DNA of 64,000 bases from Nitrospirota bacterium. Lineage in GTDB: Bacteria; Nitrospirota; Thermodesulfovibrionia; Thermodesulfovibrionales; SM23-35. Position numbers and translations under genes: made by a program. Shown here in pieces: positions 30,804-40,975 of the stretch. Under the pieces are notes generated by a model that ran no database searches, had not been told where the DNA came from, and worked only from the letters and a program-made list of their open reading frames with translations. The stretch is from positions 55,769 through 119,768 of the forward strand of contig JBFLWW010000001.1 in the NCBI GenBank assembly GCA_040757475.1, read 5' to 3'. Position 1 is the first letter of the stretch. The number at the start of each line of letters is the position of its first letter.

Positions 30804-33227
30804 CTAATCAAAGTTAAGGTCTGAGGGTTCCTTCCTCTCCATAGTTGAAGAAGACGAAGAATATTGTTTCGGCTGTGTCCCTTCCTTGAAATACTCCTTT
30901 ACAGCACCTGCCTCATTCCTCGCTAAAAGCCCTGTTGCAGGGTCTATTGGATAAGTGACTATACCATCAGGGAAAGAAAATTCTTCAGGCTCTCCATTCA
31001 GGACATTCTTCATGAAAGACACCCAGATAGGAGATGCTGCACGTGCACCTGTCTCCTGAGGGCCAAGAGGTCTCATATCATCAAAACCAACCCAGACAGC
31101 AGAGACCAAATCTAGAGTATAGCCCACAAACCATGCATCTCTGTATTCGTTTGTCGTCCCTGTCTTTCCGGCAACAGGCCTGCCTAATTCCTTCGCCCTC
31201 CACCCTGTCCCGTATTTCACAACATCCTCCATCATCGAGGTTATCAGGAATGCAGTCTGGGGGCTTATAACCTGCTGCAACTCTGGTTCATTGCTTTCAA
31301 GAACCCTTCCCTTTGAATCTGTGATATATTTAATTGCAATAGGTTTTACCTTCACACCATTGCTCGCAAATACAGTGTAACATAAGGCCAGTTCCATCGG
31401 AGTAATGCTCATTGAACCGAGAGCAATACTGAGGTCTCTCGGCATCTCTCCCTGAAATCCTATAGCCCTTGCAAACTCTATCACACTATTTACTCCGATT
31501 GCATCAACCAATTTTACTGTGACCACATTTCTCGAATATGCTAATGCCTCTCTCAGGCGTGTTGGCCCGTAAAATTTATGGTCATAGTTTTCAGGACTCC
31601 ATTCACCCCTCGGGCCACCAGGGTATGTCACAGGCTCATCCTGTATGATACTCGCAGGTGTAAAACCATGATCCATGGCAGATGCATAGATAATCGGCTT
31701 GAATGCAGAACCTGGCTGACGCTTTGCATATACAGCCCTGTTAAACTCGCTCTTTACAAAATCATATCCACCAATAATCACCCTGATGAATCCGGTATTC
31801 GGCTCCAGAGCGACTATTGCTCCCTCTACATCCGGTTCCTGCTCAAGTGAAAGGCGGACATCTCTGCCACGTATACTTTTTATGCTCACCTTCACTATAT
31901 CCCCTGATTTAAGTATCTGTGTCAATTTAAAATCCTTCAAAACCTTATGGGTGCCCTTCTTTGGATTAATAACATTTGAGGCCCATCTTGCATCCTCTAT
32001 AGAAAGTTTTCCTATAATGCCTCTTGTCTTTATCAGGGCCTCCCTGTTGCTGACCTTTAGGACAAGTCCTGAAGAGATATCTCCTGGGTTTGTAACAACC
32101 ATAGTTGTAAGCTCCTTACTCTTCAGCTCTTTTTTAATATCTATATCTTTTTTATGTTCTAATGGCCCGCGCCATCCTCTTCTTTTGTCGAGTTCCCTGA
32201 GCCCTTCCTGTAGCGCCTTCGCTGCCAACAACTGTCCCCTTCTATCCAATGTTGTATATACCTTTAACCCTTCTTTATATACAGTTTCTTCACCATACTT
32301 CTCTTCAAGATATTTTCTTATGTATTCTATGAAGTAGTTATTTGCCTCTATCTCCTTCCTTACACTTGAAAGATAAACAGGCTGTTTCAATGCATTTTCT
32401 TTTTCAGACTTTTTAATGAATCCCTCTTCCTCCATGCGTGAAAGCACAATCTGCTGCCTCTCTTTTGCCTTTGTCAGGTCGTTATATGGAGAATATAATG
32501 AAGGTGCCTTTATGAGACCTGCAATGAGTGCAGCCTCAGGCAGGGTTATATCCTTTACTGATTTTCCAAAATATATCCTCGAAGCCATCTCAACACCATA
32601 TGCTCCATGGCCAAAATAGACCTTGTTCAGGTAGAGCTCAAGAATCTCTTTCTTAGAAAGGTTCTTTTCCATCTTTATCGCAAGAGCTGCCTCCCTTAGC
32701 TTTCTTTTTAGAGTTTTCTCCGGAGTAAGGAAGATCACCTTTGCGAGCTGCTGGGTTATTGTGCTTCCACCCTCCCTGAGCTCTACATAAAGAACATCCT
32801 TTATAATCGCCCTCATTATCGCAAGATAATCAATGCCTTTATGTCTCCAGAACCTTGAATCCTCAACAGCAATTACCGCATTTATCATGTGTTCTGGCAT
32901 CCTATTTATCGGGACGAATATACCTTTTTCTACCTTGAGCTCTCCTATAAGGACATCGTCATCAGCATATATCTTTGTGCCTGTTGTTGGCTTATATTGC
33001 TTCAGCTCTTCAATAGATGGGATACCCCTGCTAATTGCAAAATAGCCTCCTGCAAAAGCTCCAGATGTAATCGAGAAAACTATCAGTATAATGATAAATT
33101 TTAGTCTCACCTGAGAATACCTCTCAATAGTTGGAACATCATATGAAGTTATGAATTTAATTATTATATCAAATTTTACAAAAACTATTTCCGCACGATA
33201 TACACCTTTTTGATAAATCAGCAGCAT
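30804..33227 (-). CDS. mrcA: penicillin-binding protein 1A (bifunctional transglycosylase/transpeptidase)
   Basis: GT51 motifs EDSRFW.H.GID and RKLREA. TPase motifs SAFKP, SRN and KTGTT. The GTG at 33110 (VRLKFIIILIV.. TM helix) is a likely alternative start. Confidence 0.9.
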   Translation of the reverse strand: MLLIYQKGVYRAEIVFVKFDIIIKFITSYDVPTIERYSQVRLKFIIILIVFSITSGAFAGGYFAISRGIPSIEELKQYKPTTGTKIYADDDVLIGELKVEKGIFVPINRMPEHMINAVIAVEDSRFWRHKGIDYLAIMRAIIKDVLYVELREGGSTITQQLAKVIFLTPEKTLKRKLREAALAIKMEKNLSKKEILELYLNKVYFGHGAYGVEMASRIYFGKSVKDITLPEAALIAGLIKAPSLYSPYNDLTKAKERQQIVLSRMEEEGFIKKSEKENALKQPVYLSSVRKEIEANNYFIEYIRKYLEEKYGEETVYKEGLKVYTTLDRRGQLLAAKALQEGLRELDKRRGWRGPLEHKKDIDIKKELKSKELTTMVVTNPGDISSGLVLKVSNREALIKTRGIIGKLSIEDARWASNVINPKKGTHKVLKDFKLTQILKSGDIVKVSIKSIRGRDVRLSLEQEPDVEGAIVALEPNTGFIRVIIGGYDFVKSEFNRAVYAKRQPGSAFKPIIYASAMDHGFTPASIIQDEPVTYPGGPRGEWSPENYDHKFYGPTRLREALAYSRNVVTVKLVDAIGVNSVIEFARAIGFQGEMPRDLSIALGSMSITPMELALCYTVFASNGVKVKPIAIKYITDSKGRVLESNEPELQQVISPQTAFLITSMMEDVVKYGTGWRAKELGRPVAGKTGTTNEYRDAWFVGYTLDLVSAVWVGFDDMRPLGPQETGARAASPIWVSFMKNVLNGEPEEFSFPDGIVTYPIDPATGLLARNEAGAVKEYFKEGTQPKQYSSSSSTMERKEPSDLNFD

Positions 33228-33294
33228 CTATGTAAAACAACCTTGAAACAATAGCGTCTCAAGGCTTATTATAAAATAGAGGGAGATAACATAA

Positions 33295-34047
33295 TTGACT
33301 GTTCTGGCTTACTCAAGGCTAAAACAAAGGGCCCTTAGAATTTCTGAGGCCTTAGGTGAACCGTCTTTTTATACCAATCATAAAAAAGAGATGCAGGTAT
33401 CTTCTGAATCTCTAAGGACAAATTCAATCCTGAAAAAATGCAGGTCTTATCTCGACGAATCTTTGATGGATCCAGGGCACGGGTTGGCCCATGCTGAGGC
33501 AGTAGCAATTGACGCAGGAACCATCATACAGGTTGAGGGCAAAATTCATAACCTGGACAGCAGCACAGTCAACGAGCTTATTATTTATGTGCAGATAGCA
33601 GGACTCCTGCATGATATAAAACGCAAAGAAAAAGACCATACCATTGCTGGAAGCGAGGAAGCTAAAAGGGTATTAAATGATTTTCAGATAGAAGACCGCT
33701 ACAGACGATACATCGTAGCTGCTATCAGAAATCATGAGGCATTTAAAGAGGTCTTAGAATCTGAAGACGAAACAGATAGGTTAATCAGTGATTCACTTTA
33801 TGATGCGGATAAATTCAGGTGGGGGCCTGATAACTTCACCACCACCCTCTGGTTGATGTTGAATTCAGCAAATATACCAATAGAAACATTACATAAAAAT
33901 TTCATAGGAAACATAAAATATATAGAAAGTATTAAGGACACCTTCCGGACCCAGACAGGTAGAAAATATGGTCCGGAAATCATAGACATGGGGATTGCAA
34001 TCGGCCATGCTATTTATAAAGAGATGACAGATATGCGGGGTAAATAA
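33295..34047 (+). CDS. HD-domain metal-dependent phosphohydrolase
   Basis: TTG start after GGGAG, with GHGLAHAEAV...GLLHDIKR (H..HD). Confidence 0.7.
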   Translation: MTVLAYSRLKQRALRISEALGEPSFYTNHKKEMQVSSESLRTNSILKKCRSYLDESLMDPGHGLAHAEAVAIDAGTIIQVEGKIHNLDSSTVNELIIYVQIAGLLHDIKRKEKDHTIAGSEEAKRVLNDFQIEDRYRRYIVAAIRNHEAFKEVLESEDETDRLISDSLYDADKFRWGPDNFTTTLWLMLNSANIPIETLHKNFIGNIKYIESIKDTFRTQTGRKYGPEIIDMGIAIGHAIYKEMTDMRGK

Positions 34048-34049
34048 TT

Positions 34050-34979
34050 ATGGAATTGATAACAGACTCGAATAATATTTCAGGGAAATACAGGGATAGT
34101 ATAATCACACTCGGAAACTTCGATGGTCTGCACCTGGGTCATCAGGCACTTGTAAAAATGGTGATAGACAGGGCAAAGGAGATCAGCGGAACCAGCATAG
34201 TAGTGACCTTTCACCCCCATCCTCTAAAGATATTAGCACCTGATAAATGTCCACCTCTAATAAGCATCTATGAAGAGAAGATAACGATGTTTACAAACAT
34301 GGGTGTTGATGTACTTGTAAAAATTCCCTTCACCTTGGAATTTGCATCGAAAAGCCCAAGAGAGTTTGTAAAAGATATTTTATGTGATTCCCTGAATGTA
34401 AGGGAAATTTTCGTCGGGCACAACTACCGCTTTGGAAGAGGACGTGAGGGGAATATAGAAAGATTAAAGGCCCTCGGCGTAGAGTTAGGTTTCAGGGTAA
34501 ACGAGATTGATTATATAGCAGTTAACCACGAGGTTGTAAGCAGCACAAAGATAAGAGACCTGTTAAAAGATGGTGAGATTGAACACGCTGCAAAGTTATT
34601 AGGAAGACCCTATGCTATCACTGGGACCGTTATACAGGGAGATGGAAGAGGTAAGGCATTAGGATTCCCGACTGCCAATATTGTGCCAGAACATGAAATA
34701 ATCCCTGCCAGAGGTGTATATGCAGTTAAGGTCTCTCTCAGAGGCCAGCACTATAGCGGTATAGCTAACATTGGGTATCGTCCTACATTTGACAAGGATA
34801 TACTCACCACTGAGGCCAATATCTTTGACTTAAATGAAGACATATATGGAGAAAAAATCACCTTATATTTCATCCACAGGATCCGGGATGAAAAAAAGTT
34901 TCCCGATGCAGATGCACTAATTCAACAGATCAATCTTGATGTAGAGAGTGCAAAAGTCTATCTGCAACTACATCAATAA
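34050..34979 (+). CDS. ribF: bifunctional riboflavin kinase / FMN adenylyltransferase
   Basis: Motifs [18 protein letters not shown] and a riboflavin-kinase C-terminal half. Confidence 0.93.
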   Translation: MELITDSNNISGKYRDSIITLGNFDGLHLGHQALVKMVIDRAKEISGTSIVVTFHPHPLKILAPDKCPPLISIYEEKITMFTNMGVDVLVKIPFTLEFASKSPREFVKDILCDSLNVREIFVGHNYRFGRGREGNIERLKALGVELGFRVNEIDYIAVNHEVVSSTKIRDLLKDGEIEHAAKLLGRPYAITGTVIQGDGRGKALGFPTANIVPEHEIIPARGVYAVKVSLRGQHYSGIANIGYRPTFDKDILTTEANIFDLNEDIYGEKITLYFIHRIRDEKKFPDADALIQQINLDVESAKVYLQLHQ

Positions 34980-36144
34980 ATTCTTCGGTAAGTGCATATT
35001 TCTCCACAGGTGGCTCTGCAATCAGTTTTAAGTCTTTCGTCATAACACCACCTTCGATAGTATCGGTGACAACTTTTTCTAAGGTTTTTGCAAACTTTAC
35101 AACTTCTGGAGTGCCATCCAATTCCCCGCGCTTAGCAATTGCCCCGGTCCATGCGAAGATAGAGGCAACCGAGTTGGTAGAAGTCGGCTTTCCTTTTAAG
35201 TGCTCGCGATAATGCCGCATCACAGTGCCATGAGCTGCCTCATACTCATATTTTCCATCAGGAGATAACAGGACTGAGGTCATTAGCCCTAAGCTGCCGA
35301 ACCCTGAGGCAACCATATCGGACATTACATCACCGTCATAGTTCATACAGGCCCAGAGCATACCACCCTCGCTTTTCGTAATCTGGGCTACTGCATCATC
35401 TATTAACATATAACGATATTTAATACCAGCAGCATCAAACCGAGCCTGATTAGCCCTAATTTCTTCTGCAAAAATATCCCTGAAAAAGGCATGATATTTT
35501 TTAGAGATGGTATCCTTTGTACCAAACCAGAGATCAACCTTCTCACTGAGGGCATAATTGATACATGATTTTGCAAAACTACGGATTGATGCCTCAGTAT
35601 TATGTATCCCCATGATTACGCCAGGGCCCTTGAATTCATGGACAATTAAAGAAACCTTCTTACCTTCGCCAGACGGAGTGAATACCAGTTCAGCCTTACC
35701 AGGCTCTGATACCTTGTACTCAACATTTTTGTATATATCACCATAGGCATGGCGGCCGATAATTATCGGTTTCTTCCACCTGCGGACTGCCGGAGGGATA
35801 TTTTTAAGGATAATCGGTTTACGAAAGACTGTGCCGCCAAGGATTGAACGAATTGTAGTATTAGGACTCTTCCACTGTTGCTTGAGATTATATTCTTTTA
35901 CACGTGCAGCATCAGGAGTTATGGTTGCACATTTAACACCAATGCCATATTCTTTGATTGCATTAGCTGCATCAACAGTAACCAGGTCATCAGTGTCATC
36001 ACGGTGCTTGATACTTAGATCATAATAACGCAAATCGGCCTTCAAAAATGGGAGGATTAGCTTATTCTTGATCATATGCCAGACGACCCTGGCCATTTCA
36101 TCACCATCTATTTCCACAATAGGATTTTTAACCGCAATTTTCAT
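34930..36144 (-). CDS. icd: NADP-dependent isocitrate dehydrogenase (homodimeric, subfamily II / eukaryote-like)
   Basis: 404 aa, with [21 protein letters not shown] and NYDGDVMSD. Confidence 0.93.
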   Translation of the reverse strand: MKIAVKNPIVEIDGDEMARVVWHMIKNKLILPFLKADLRYYDLSIKHRDDTDDLVTVDAANAIKEYGIGVKCATITPDAARVKEYNLKQQWKSPNTTIRSILGGTVFRKPIILKNIPPAVRRWKKPIIIGRHAYGDIYKNVEYKVSEPGKAELVFTPSGEGKKVSLIVHEFKGPGVIMGIHNTEASIRSFAKSCINYALSEKVDLWFGTKDTISKKYHAFFRDIFAEEIRANQARFDAAGIKYRYMLIDDAVAQITKSEGGMLWACMNYDGDVMSDMVASGFGSLGLMTSVLLSPDGKYEYEAAHGTVMRHYREHLKGKPTSTNSVASIFAWTGAIAKRGELDGTPEVVKFAKTLEKVVTDTIEGGVMTKDLKLIAEPPVEKYALTEEFIDVVADRLLHSLHQD

Positions 36145-36175
36145 GTCTTAATACCTTTTGGTATTCAAGGTAAGT

Positions 36176-36901
36176 TTAGTTGGCTCTACTGCACTCATAT
36201 TTAGCATCTCGAAATAATCCTTCTTGTCTTAATCTTAAGAGTTCTTGAATGGCAAAATCATCAGCATACTTTTCAACCTCTGAATGGAGGGCCTTAAGCT
36301 CACGCCTTCTACGCACAGTCCTCCTACCACCTGATAAGGAATGATTTACCACAGCAGTGAAGTAGCACTTGTTCCCTGCCCTCCTTGTATGTCCTATTTC
36401 ATGAAGGAAAAGAAAGGTATAAAGCTCATCAGGTTTAATTTCCACCCCTAATTGCTTATTCAGACTCTGACATACAGATTCGCGATCCAGTTCCGGATTA
36501 AGATAGACATCATAACCTCCGTTACATCCCTTTGATAGGGTATTGTAGGCAAGTTTGCCCTTACTCCATTTTCCATCAATATCACCCTCAATGCCTATGT
36601 AGCTGATATTGTATTCATTTGCGTATCTCAGCATTGTCTGAAAATCTATGAGGCTATGAAAGAATTTGATTTTTTCCAGTATCTCTGAAACATGCTTAAC
36701 AAATATACCTTTGTATGTCCTCGGTATTTCAACATCTAAAGTACCTAAAAGGGGTAGTCTGAGCAAGAGCATCCTTTCATCAAGTCTATCTACCTTGATT
36801 CCTTTAAATCTCAGTATAAAATAAACAAAACCTATCCCAATCATTAGCCCAATGATGAGGGTAAAAAGGGGAGAAATTCCTTGTATCATCATAAAAATCA
36901 C
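36176..36901 (-). CDS. hypothetical membrane-anchored protein with HExxH motif
   Basis: One N-terminal TM helix and FLFLHEIGHTRR near the C-terminus. I recognise no family. Confidence 0.4.
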   Translation of the reverse strand: MIFMMIQGISPLFTLIIGLMIGIGFVYFILRFKGIKVDRLDERMLLLRLPLLGTLDVEIPRTYKGIFVKHVSEILEKIKFFHSLIDFQTMLRYANEYNISYIGIEGDIDGKWSKGKLAYNTLSKGCNGGYDVYLNPELDRESVCQSLNKQLGVEIKPDELYTFLFLHEIGHTRRAGNKCYFTAVVNHSLSGGRRTVRRRRELKALHSEVEKYADDFAIQELLRLRQEGLFRDAKYECSRAN

Positions 36902-37009
36902 CTCTTTTTTATAAATATTCCATGGTCAGGGATGTAGCCGCAACCTTTAGGAGGTTATAGATTCGAGAGAAACCCAGGAGAAAAGGTCAGGCAGAGCTAT
37001 TGGTGGCCA

Positions 37010-37381
37010 CTAAAATATTTTAGGCGGAATATATTGATGACCCCCTTCTATAACCTCTATCCCTGCCTTCTCCTTCACAGCCTTCAAGATGTCATCCTTC
37101 CTTGGGCAAAAGTTAACGAGGCACGTCCCCGCATGAATGGCATCCAGAGACTCATTTAAGGCTACAAGCTGTCCCTTGAGCAGAGCCAGACTAAGCACCG
37201 CCCTATTTCTATTCCCCTCACATTCGCCGCAGTCCACTATTCCAACTATCGCTACTTCTTGGCCTTTATACCTCTCGAACTCGCCCTCTCTCCGGTTTAG
37301 TGCCACCAGACATTTCGTATCTGCAGGGCAAAGATTTTTGATTCTAATCATTTGACAGGCTAAAAGAGCTATCTTCTTCAT
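37010..37381 (-). CDS. CGGC-domain protein
   Basis: Pattern KKIALLAC......CP....C.........F..Y...E..IVGIVDCGECEG....IHAGTC....CP...I......G..VIEGGH. The central CGGC is CGEC here. Confidence 0.6.
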   Translation of the reverse strand: MKKIALLACQMIRIKNLCPADTKCLVALNRREGEFERYKGQEVAIVGIVDCGECEGNRNRAVLSLALLKGQLVALNESLDAIHAGTCLVNFCPRKDDILKAVKEKAGIEVIEGGHQYIPPKIF

Positions 37382-37441
37382 TATTTTTCACCTCCTTTTA
37401 GATTTATTATAGCCCATCACAAAACCGATAGTACACCAAAT

Positions 37442-37480
37442 AAAAAGGCCGATCCCGATGTATCCGGATCGGCCTTTTTA
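37442..37480 (-). terminator. rho-independent terminator downstream of hppA
   Basis: AAAAAGGCCGATCC-CGATGTAT-CCGGATCGGCCTTTTT: a 9-10-bp GC-rich stem flanked by A and T runs, so it could act in both directions. Confidence 0.75.
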
Positions 37481-37492
37481 GATGCCCAATCT

Positions 37493-39559
37493 TTACACCA
37501 GCAAAGGAACAATCAAAAGCGCCACAATATTAACGACCTTGATCATGGGGTTCATTGCCGGTCCTGCGGTATCTTTATACGGGTCACCGACAGTGTCACC
37601 TGTAACAGCAGCCTTGTGCGCATCAGACTTCTTTCCACCATACATGCCTTCCTCTATAAACTTCTTTGCATTATCCCATGCACCGCCTCCGCTCGTCATC
37701 GCGATTGCTAAGAAGAGGCCTGTAAGAATGACCCCGATCAGCATAGCTCCAAGGGCCTCTTTCCCAAGGATGAAACCCACAAGAACCGGCGAAGCTACTG
37801 GAAGTAGAGACGGGATAATCATCTCTTTAATGGCACCTTTTGTAACAATGTCAACACACTGTCCATATTGTGGTTTGGCTTTGCCTTCCATAATGCCTGC
37901 TATTTCACGGAACTGGCGTCTTACCTCTTCTACAACACCTCCGGCTGCCTTACCCACTGCTAACATAAGCCTTGAACCATAATAGAATGGTAGCAAAGCA
38001 CCTATAAACAACCCAGATAGAACAAGCGGGTTTGCAAGCTTAAAGTGAAGCTCAATGCCATGTGCCAGAAATTCACGTGAGTACTCAGCAAATAGAACCA
38101 ATGCACAGAGCCCTGCTGAAGTAATTGCATATCCCTTTGTTACTGCCTTTGTTGTATTTCCGACTGCATCAAGCGGATCAAGAACAGTCCCACGGACCTT
38201 CTCATCCATCTGTGACATCTCGGCAATACCAGCAGCATTGTCTGTAACCGGTCCATAGGAGTCAATAGCGACCACGATACCTGTCATAGAGAGCATAGCA
38301 GCAGCAGCAAGACCTATAGCATAGAGACCAATATCTTCTTTACCTGCGAATCCACCACCTAAGGCATAGGATGCAAGGATGGCACCCACGACAACGAGGG
38401 CAGGTGGCATAGTTGACCTCATGCTGACTGATAAGCCAGCAATAATATTAGTGGCAGGACCTGTTGTGCTCGCCTTCGCAATCAGCTTTACAGGGCCAAA
38501 GCCCTTGGAAGTAAAGAACTCGGTGATCGCCATCATAAGCCCTGTAGCCAATAGGCCAACACCGGCTGTTAAAAGCACTGTCCATGGCGTGAATGCCAAG
38601 GCCTCTTTTGAGTCTGGTAAAAATTTTCCGATAAACCAGATCGAGACAAAATAGAATGCTATTGCAGCTAATATACCTGCGGCGGCTAACCCTTTGTAGA
38701 GTGCACCCATGATATACTGCTTTGCACCCAACCTTACGAAGAATGTCCCAACGATAGAGGCTATAATAGAGATCCCACCTAAAAGCAACGGGAAGAATGC
38801 CCAGGTGCTCTCTGCACCAAAGACAGTCTTACCAAGTAGCATTGCAGCCACTATTGTTACTATATAGGTCTCATAGAGGTCTGCAGCCATACCAGCACAA
38901 TCTCCTACATTGTCTCCAACCTGGTCAGCGATAACTGCAGGGTTTCTCGGGTCATCCTCGGGTATGCCTGCCTCAACCTTACCCACGAGGTCAGCACCAA
39001 CATCAGCAGCCTTTGTATAGATACCACCTGCAATACGGGCAAAGACACTCATGAGTGAGCAACCAAATCCAAGACCGACAAGGGCATAAAATGCCTTTTC
39101 TGGCACAATAGCCTTGGCTATAGAATAGTAAACTGCAATGCTCAGAAGAGCCAAACCCACTACCAGGAGACCTGCTACAGAACCACCCCGGAAGGCCAAT
39201 CTAAGGGCGTTTCTTAAACTGGTATAGGCAGCCTGTGAAGTCCTCAGGTTTCCCCTAACAGTAATCATCATTCCGACATAGCCTGCTGTTGCAGAGCCAG
39301 TAGCCCCGAGCAAGAACCCAAAGGCTGCAATCCAGTGCAGAAAGATCCCTATCAGCACAAATATGAAAATCCCGACCAATGCAACTGTCCTGTACTCACG
39401 GCTGAGAAAGGCCTGGGCACCTTCGCGTATAGCAGCAGCAATCTCCTGCATCCGAGCAGTTCCTTTCTCCTGCTTAACCACCCAAGCCGCAGTCAGTATC
39501 CCGTAAAGGACACCTGCAGCTCCACAAATAGCAGCAAATATAATGATACCTTGTTCCAT
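37493..39559 (-). CDS. hppA: membrane-bound ion-translocating pyrophosphatase, K+-independent (H+-PPase) signature
   Basis: 688 aa and about 16 TM helices. Motifs GDNVGDCAG and [24 protein letters not shown] carries the Lys/Thr pair diagnostic of K+-independent enzymes. Confidence 0.95.
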   Translation of the reverse strand: MEQGIIIFAAICGAAGVLYGILTAAWVVKQEKGTARMQEIAAAIREGAQAFLSREYRTVALVGIFIFVLIGIFLHWIAAFGFLLGATGSATAGYVGMMITVRGNLRTSQAAYTSLRNALRLAFRGGSVAGLLVVGLALLSIAVYYSIAKAIVPEKAFYALVGLGFGCSLMSVFARIAGGIYTKAADVGADLVGKVEAGIPEDDPRNPAVIADQVGDNVGDCAGMAADLYETYIVTIVAAMLLGKTVFGAESTWAFFPLLLGGISIIASIVGTFFVRLGAKQYIMGALYKGLAAAGILAAIAFYFVSIWFIGKFLPDSKEALAFTPWTVLLTAGVGLLATGLMMAITEFFTSKGFGPVKLIAKASTTGPATNIIAGLSVSMRSTMPPALVVVGAILASYALGGGFAGKEDIGLYAIGLAAAAMLSMTGIVVAIDSYGPVTDNAAGIAEMSQMDEKVRGTVLDPLDAVGNTTKAVTKGYAITSAGLCALVLFAEYSREFLAHGIELHFKLANPLVLSGLFIGALLPFYYGSRLMLAVGKAAGGVVEEVRRQFREIAGIMEGKAKPQYGQCVDIVTKGAIKEMIIPSLLPVASPVLVGFILGKEALGAMLIGVILTGLFLAIAMTSGGGAWDNAKKFIEEGMYGGKKSDAHKAAVTGDTVGDPYKDTAGPAMNPMIKVVNIVALLIVPLLV

Positions 39560-39577
39560 TCTTCACCTCCATTTTTT

Positions 39578-39649
39578 AGTTATGAGTGATGAGTTACGAG
39601 TGAGAAGTTAAAAACTATGGACCTTTAAACTTCTCGTTTAACTCGTTAC
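39578..39649. repeat. two-arm heptamer element (TTATGAG TGATGAG TTACGAG TGAGAAG TTAAAA / TTTAAACTTCTCGTTTAACTCGTTAC)
   Basis: Read directly in the qmoC-hppA spacer. Confidence 0.8.
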
Positions 39650-39700
39650 CGCCTTCTTTTGCTACCTGTTACTAAATCTTCCACCTCCCCTCATTTTTTA

Positions 39701-40888
39701 TCATCCCCTTTCAACCTCCCTCTCTGCATGCTTTGCAAAAACCATTGCTACAGCTCTATAAATCATATGTGCCATCTTTGAAAACGGGGCATATGCAAAC
39801 AGGAAAAAAACGAACACCAGGTGAACAAAGTAAACAGGATAAGCCAGTATAGCAATATCTGCAAGTCTTGTTAACTCTGTAAGTATCCCTGTAACTGCGA
39901 TAACAAAGACAACAGTTATGAAGATCCAGTCAAAATAACTCCCACGACCTGCTTTTTCCTTATTATTCACTCTATCTTTAATGACCAGATAGCCACCAAT
40001 TAAAAGTGCTATAGCACCTGCATTTCCAAGCCATTTAACCGGATCAGTCAATGGATATGGTGATTCGCCGAAATGGAAGATCGATGTTGCCTTAATACCA
40101 AAAAATTCATAACCATATAGGTAAACAACTGCCCATAGGGCAGTGATTGCAAGGGCTATGAATCCATAAAACACAAGCATATGAGAAATATACCTGGCTT
40201 TGGTGACATCACATTTCTGAAATCTCTTATGTGTTAATATTTCAGCTATCGTTGCAGTAATAGTTGGTATAAGTGATCCCTTCAACAGCATCTTCTGTCG
40301 AGCCTCCCCAGCACCAGCTACCATATCTTTCCAGTATCTGAAAATTCCTGCAACGAGTACTAACGCAGCAAATGCAGATATACCGCCATAAATAATCTCA
40401 AGGTATATAGCTGGTATAAATTTTGCGTAAGAGATACCGCCATCCTCTCCCCTTGGTATGGCAGAAAGGCTGAGGTGACCAAGCGATGAAAGGAGTAGAA
40501 GAAGGACCACGACAGGAACAGCAAACAGAAGGACAAGATAAGAAGGGCTACCAACTGCCTTTCCAAGAAATTGTGGTATAGAATAATGCTGTATTGACAG
40601 CTTTCTTACCGCATTAAGCACTTCACCTGGTTTCGCACCCCTCGGACAATACACTGTGCAATCACTACACTGATGGCATAGCCATATATCAGGATTGCTG
40701 AACAGCTTGTCCTTCAAACCCCATTGTGCATGTATCATCTCTTTTCTCGGAAATGGCTTATTGTCAGGTGTTACATTACAGACCACCGAACATGTGGCAC
40801 ACTGGAAGCATTTTTTTAACGACTCGCCCCCTGACTTTATAACATCCCTTACAAAACCTAAATCAGGACTTATAACCTCCTCTGCCAT
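39701..40888 (-). CDS. qmoC: quinone-interacting membrane-bound oxidoreductase subunit C (HdrC-like FeS domain + HdrE/NarI-like membrane cytochrome b domain)
   Basis: The N-terminus has CFQCATCSVVC and CHQCSDCTVYCP, followed by about 6 TM helices. It sits directly after qmoAB. Confidence 0.85.
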   Translation of the reverse strand: MAEEVISPDLGFVRDVIKSGGESLKKCFQCATCSVVCNVTPDNKPFPRKEMIHAQWGLKDKLFSNPDIWLCHQCSDCTVYCPRGAKPGEVLNAVRKLSIQHYSIPQFLGKAVGSPSYLVLLFAVPVVVLLLLLSSLGHLSLSAIPRGEDGGISYAKFIPAIYLEIIYGGISAFAALVLVAGIFRYWKDMVAGAGEARQKMLLKGSLIPTITATIAEILTHKRFQKCDVTKARYISHMLVFYGFIALAITALWAVVYLYGYEFFGIKATSIFHFGESPYPLTDPVKWLGNAGAIALLIGGYLVIKDRVNNKEKAGRGSYFDWIFITVVFVIAVTGILTELTRLADIAILAYPVYFVHLVFVFFLFAYAPFSKMAHMIYRAVAMVFAKHAEREVERG

Positions 40889-40904
40889 TATTTACCTCCA
40901 TAAT

Positions 40905-40966
40905 ATTGAGTCAATGAGTCAAGTTATTGGGTCAATGAATTTGGTTAAGTTACTTATTCACTTATT
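40905..40966. repeat. single-arm ~8-nt periodic array in the qmoB-qmoC spacer
   Basis: ATTGAGTCA ATGAGTCA AGTTATTGG GTCAATGA ATTTGGTT AAGTTACT TATTCACT. Confidence 0.65.
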
Positions 40967-40975
40967 TTCTTAACC

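Noticed and set aside
37482-37982. A long 166-aa plus-strand ORF, and similar ORFs at 38055-38258, 38379-38654 and 39335-39589, opposite hppA.
   Set aside because: They are shadow ORFs on the antisense strand of a gene with unmistakable PPase motifs. They are Pro/Ser/Ala-rich and have no SD or recognisable motif.
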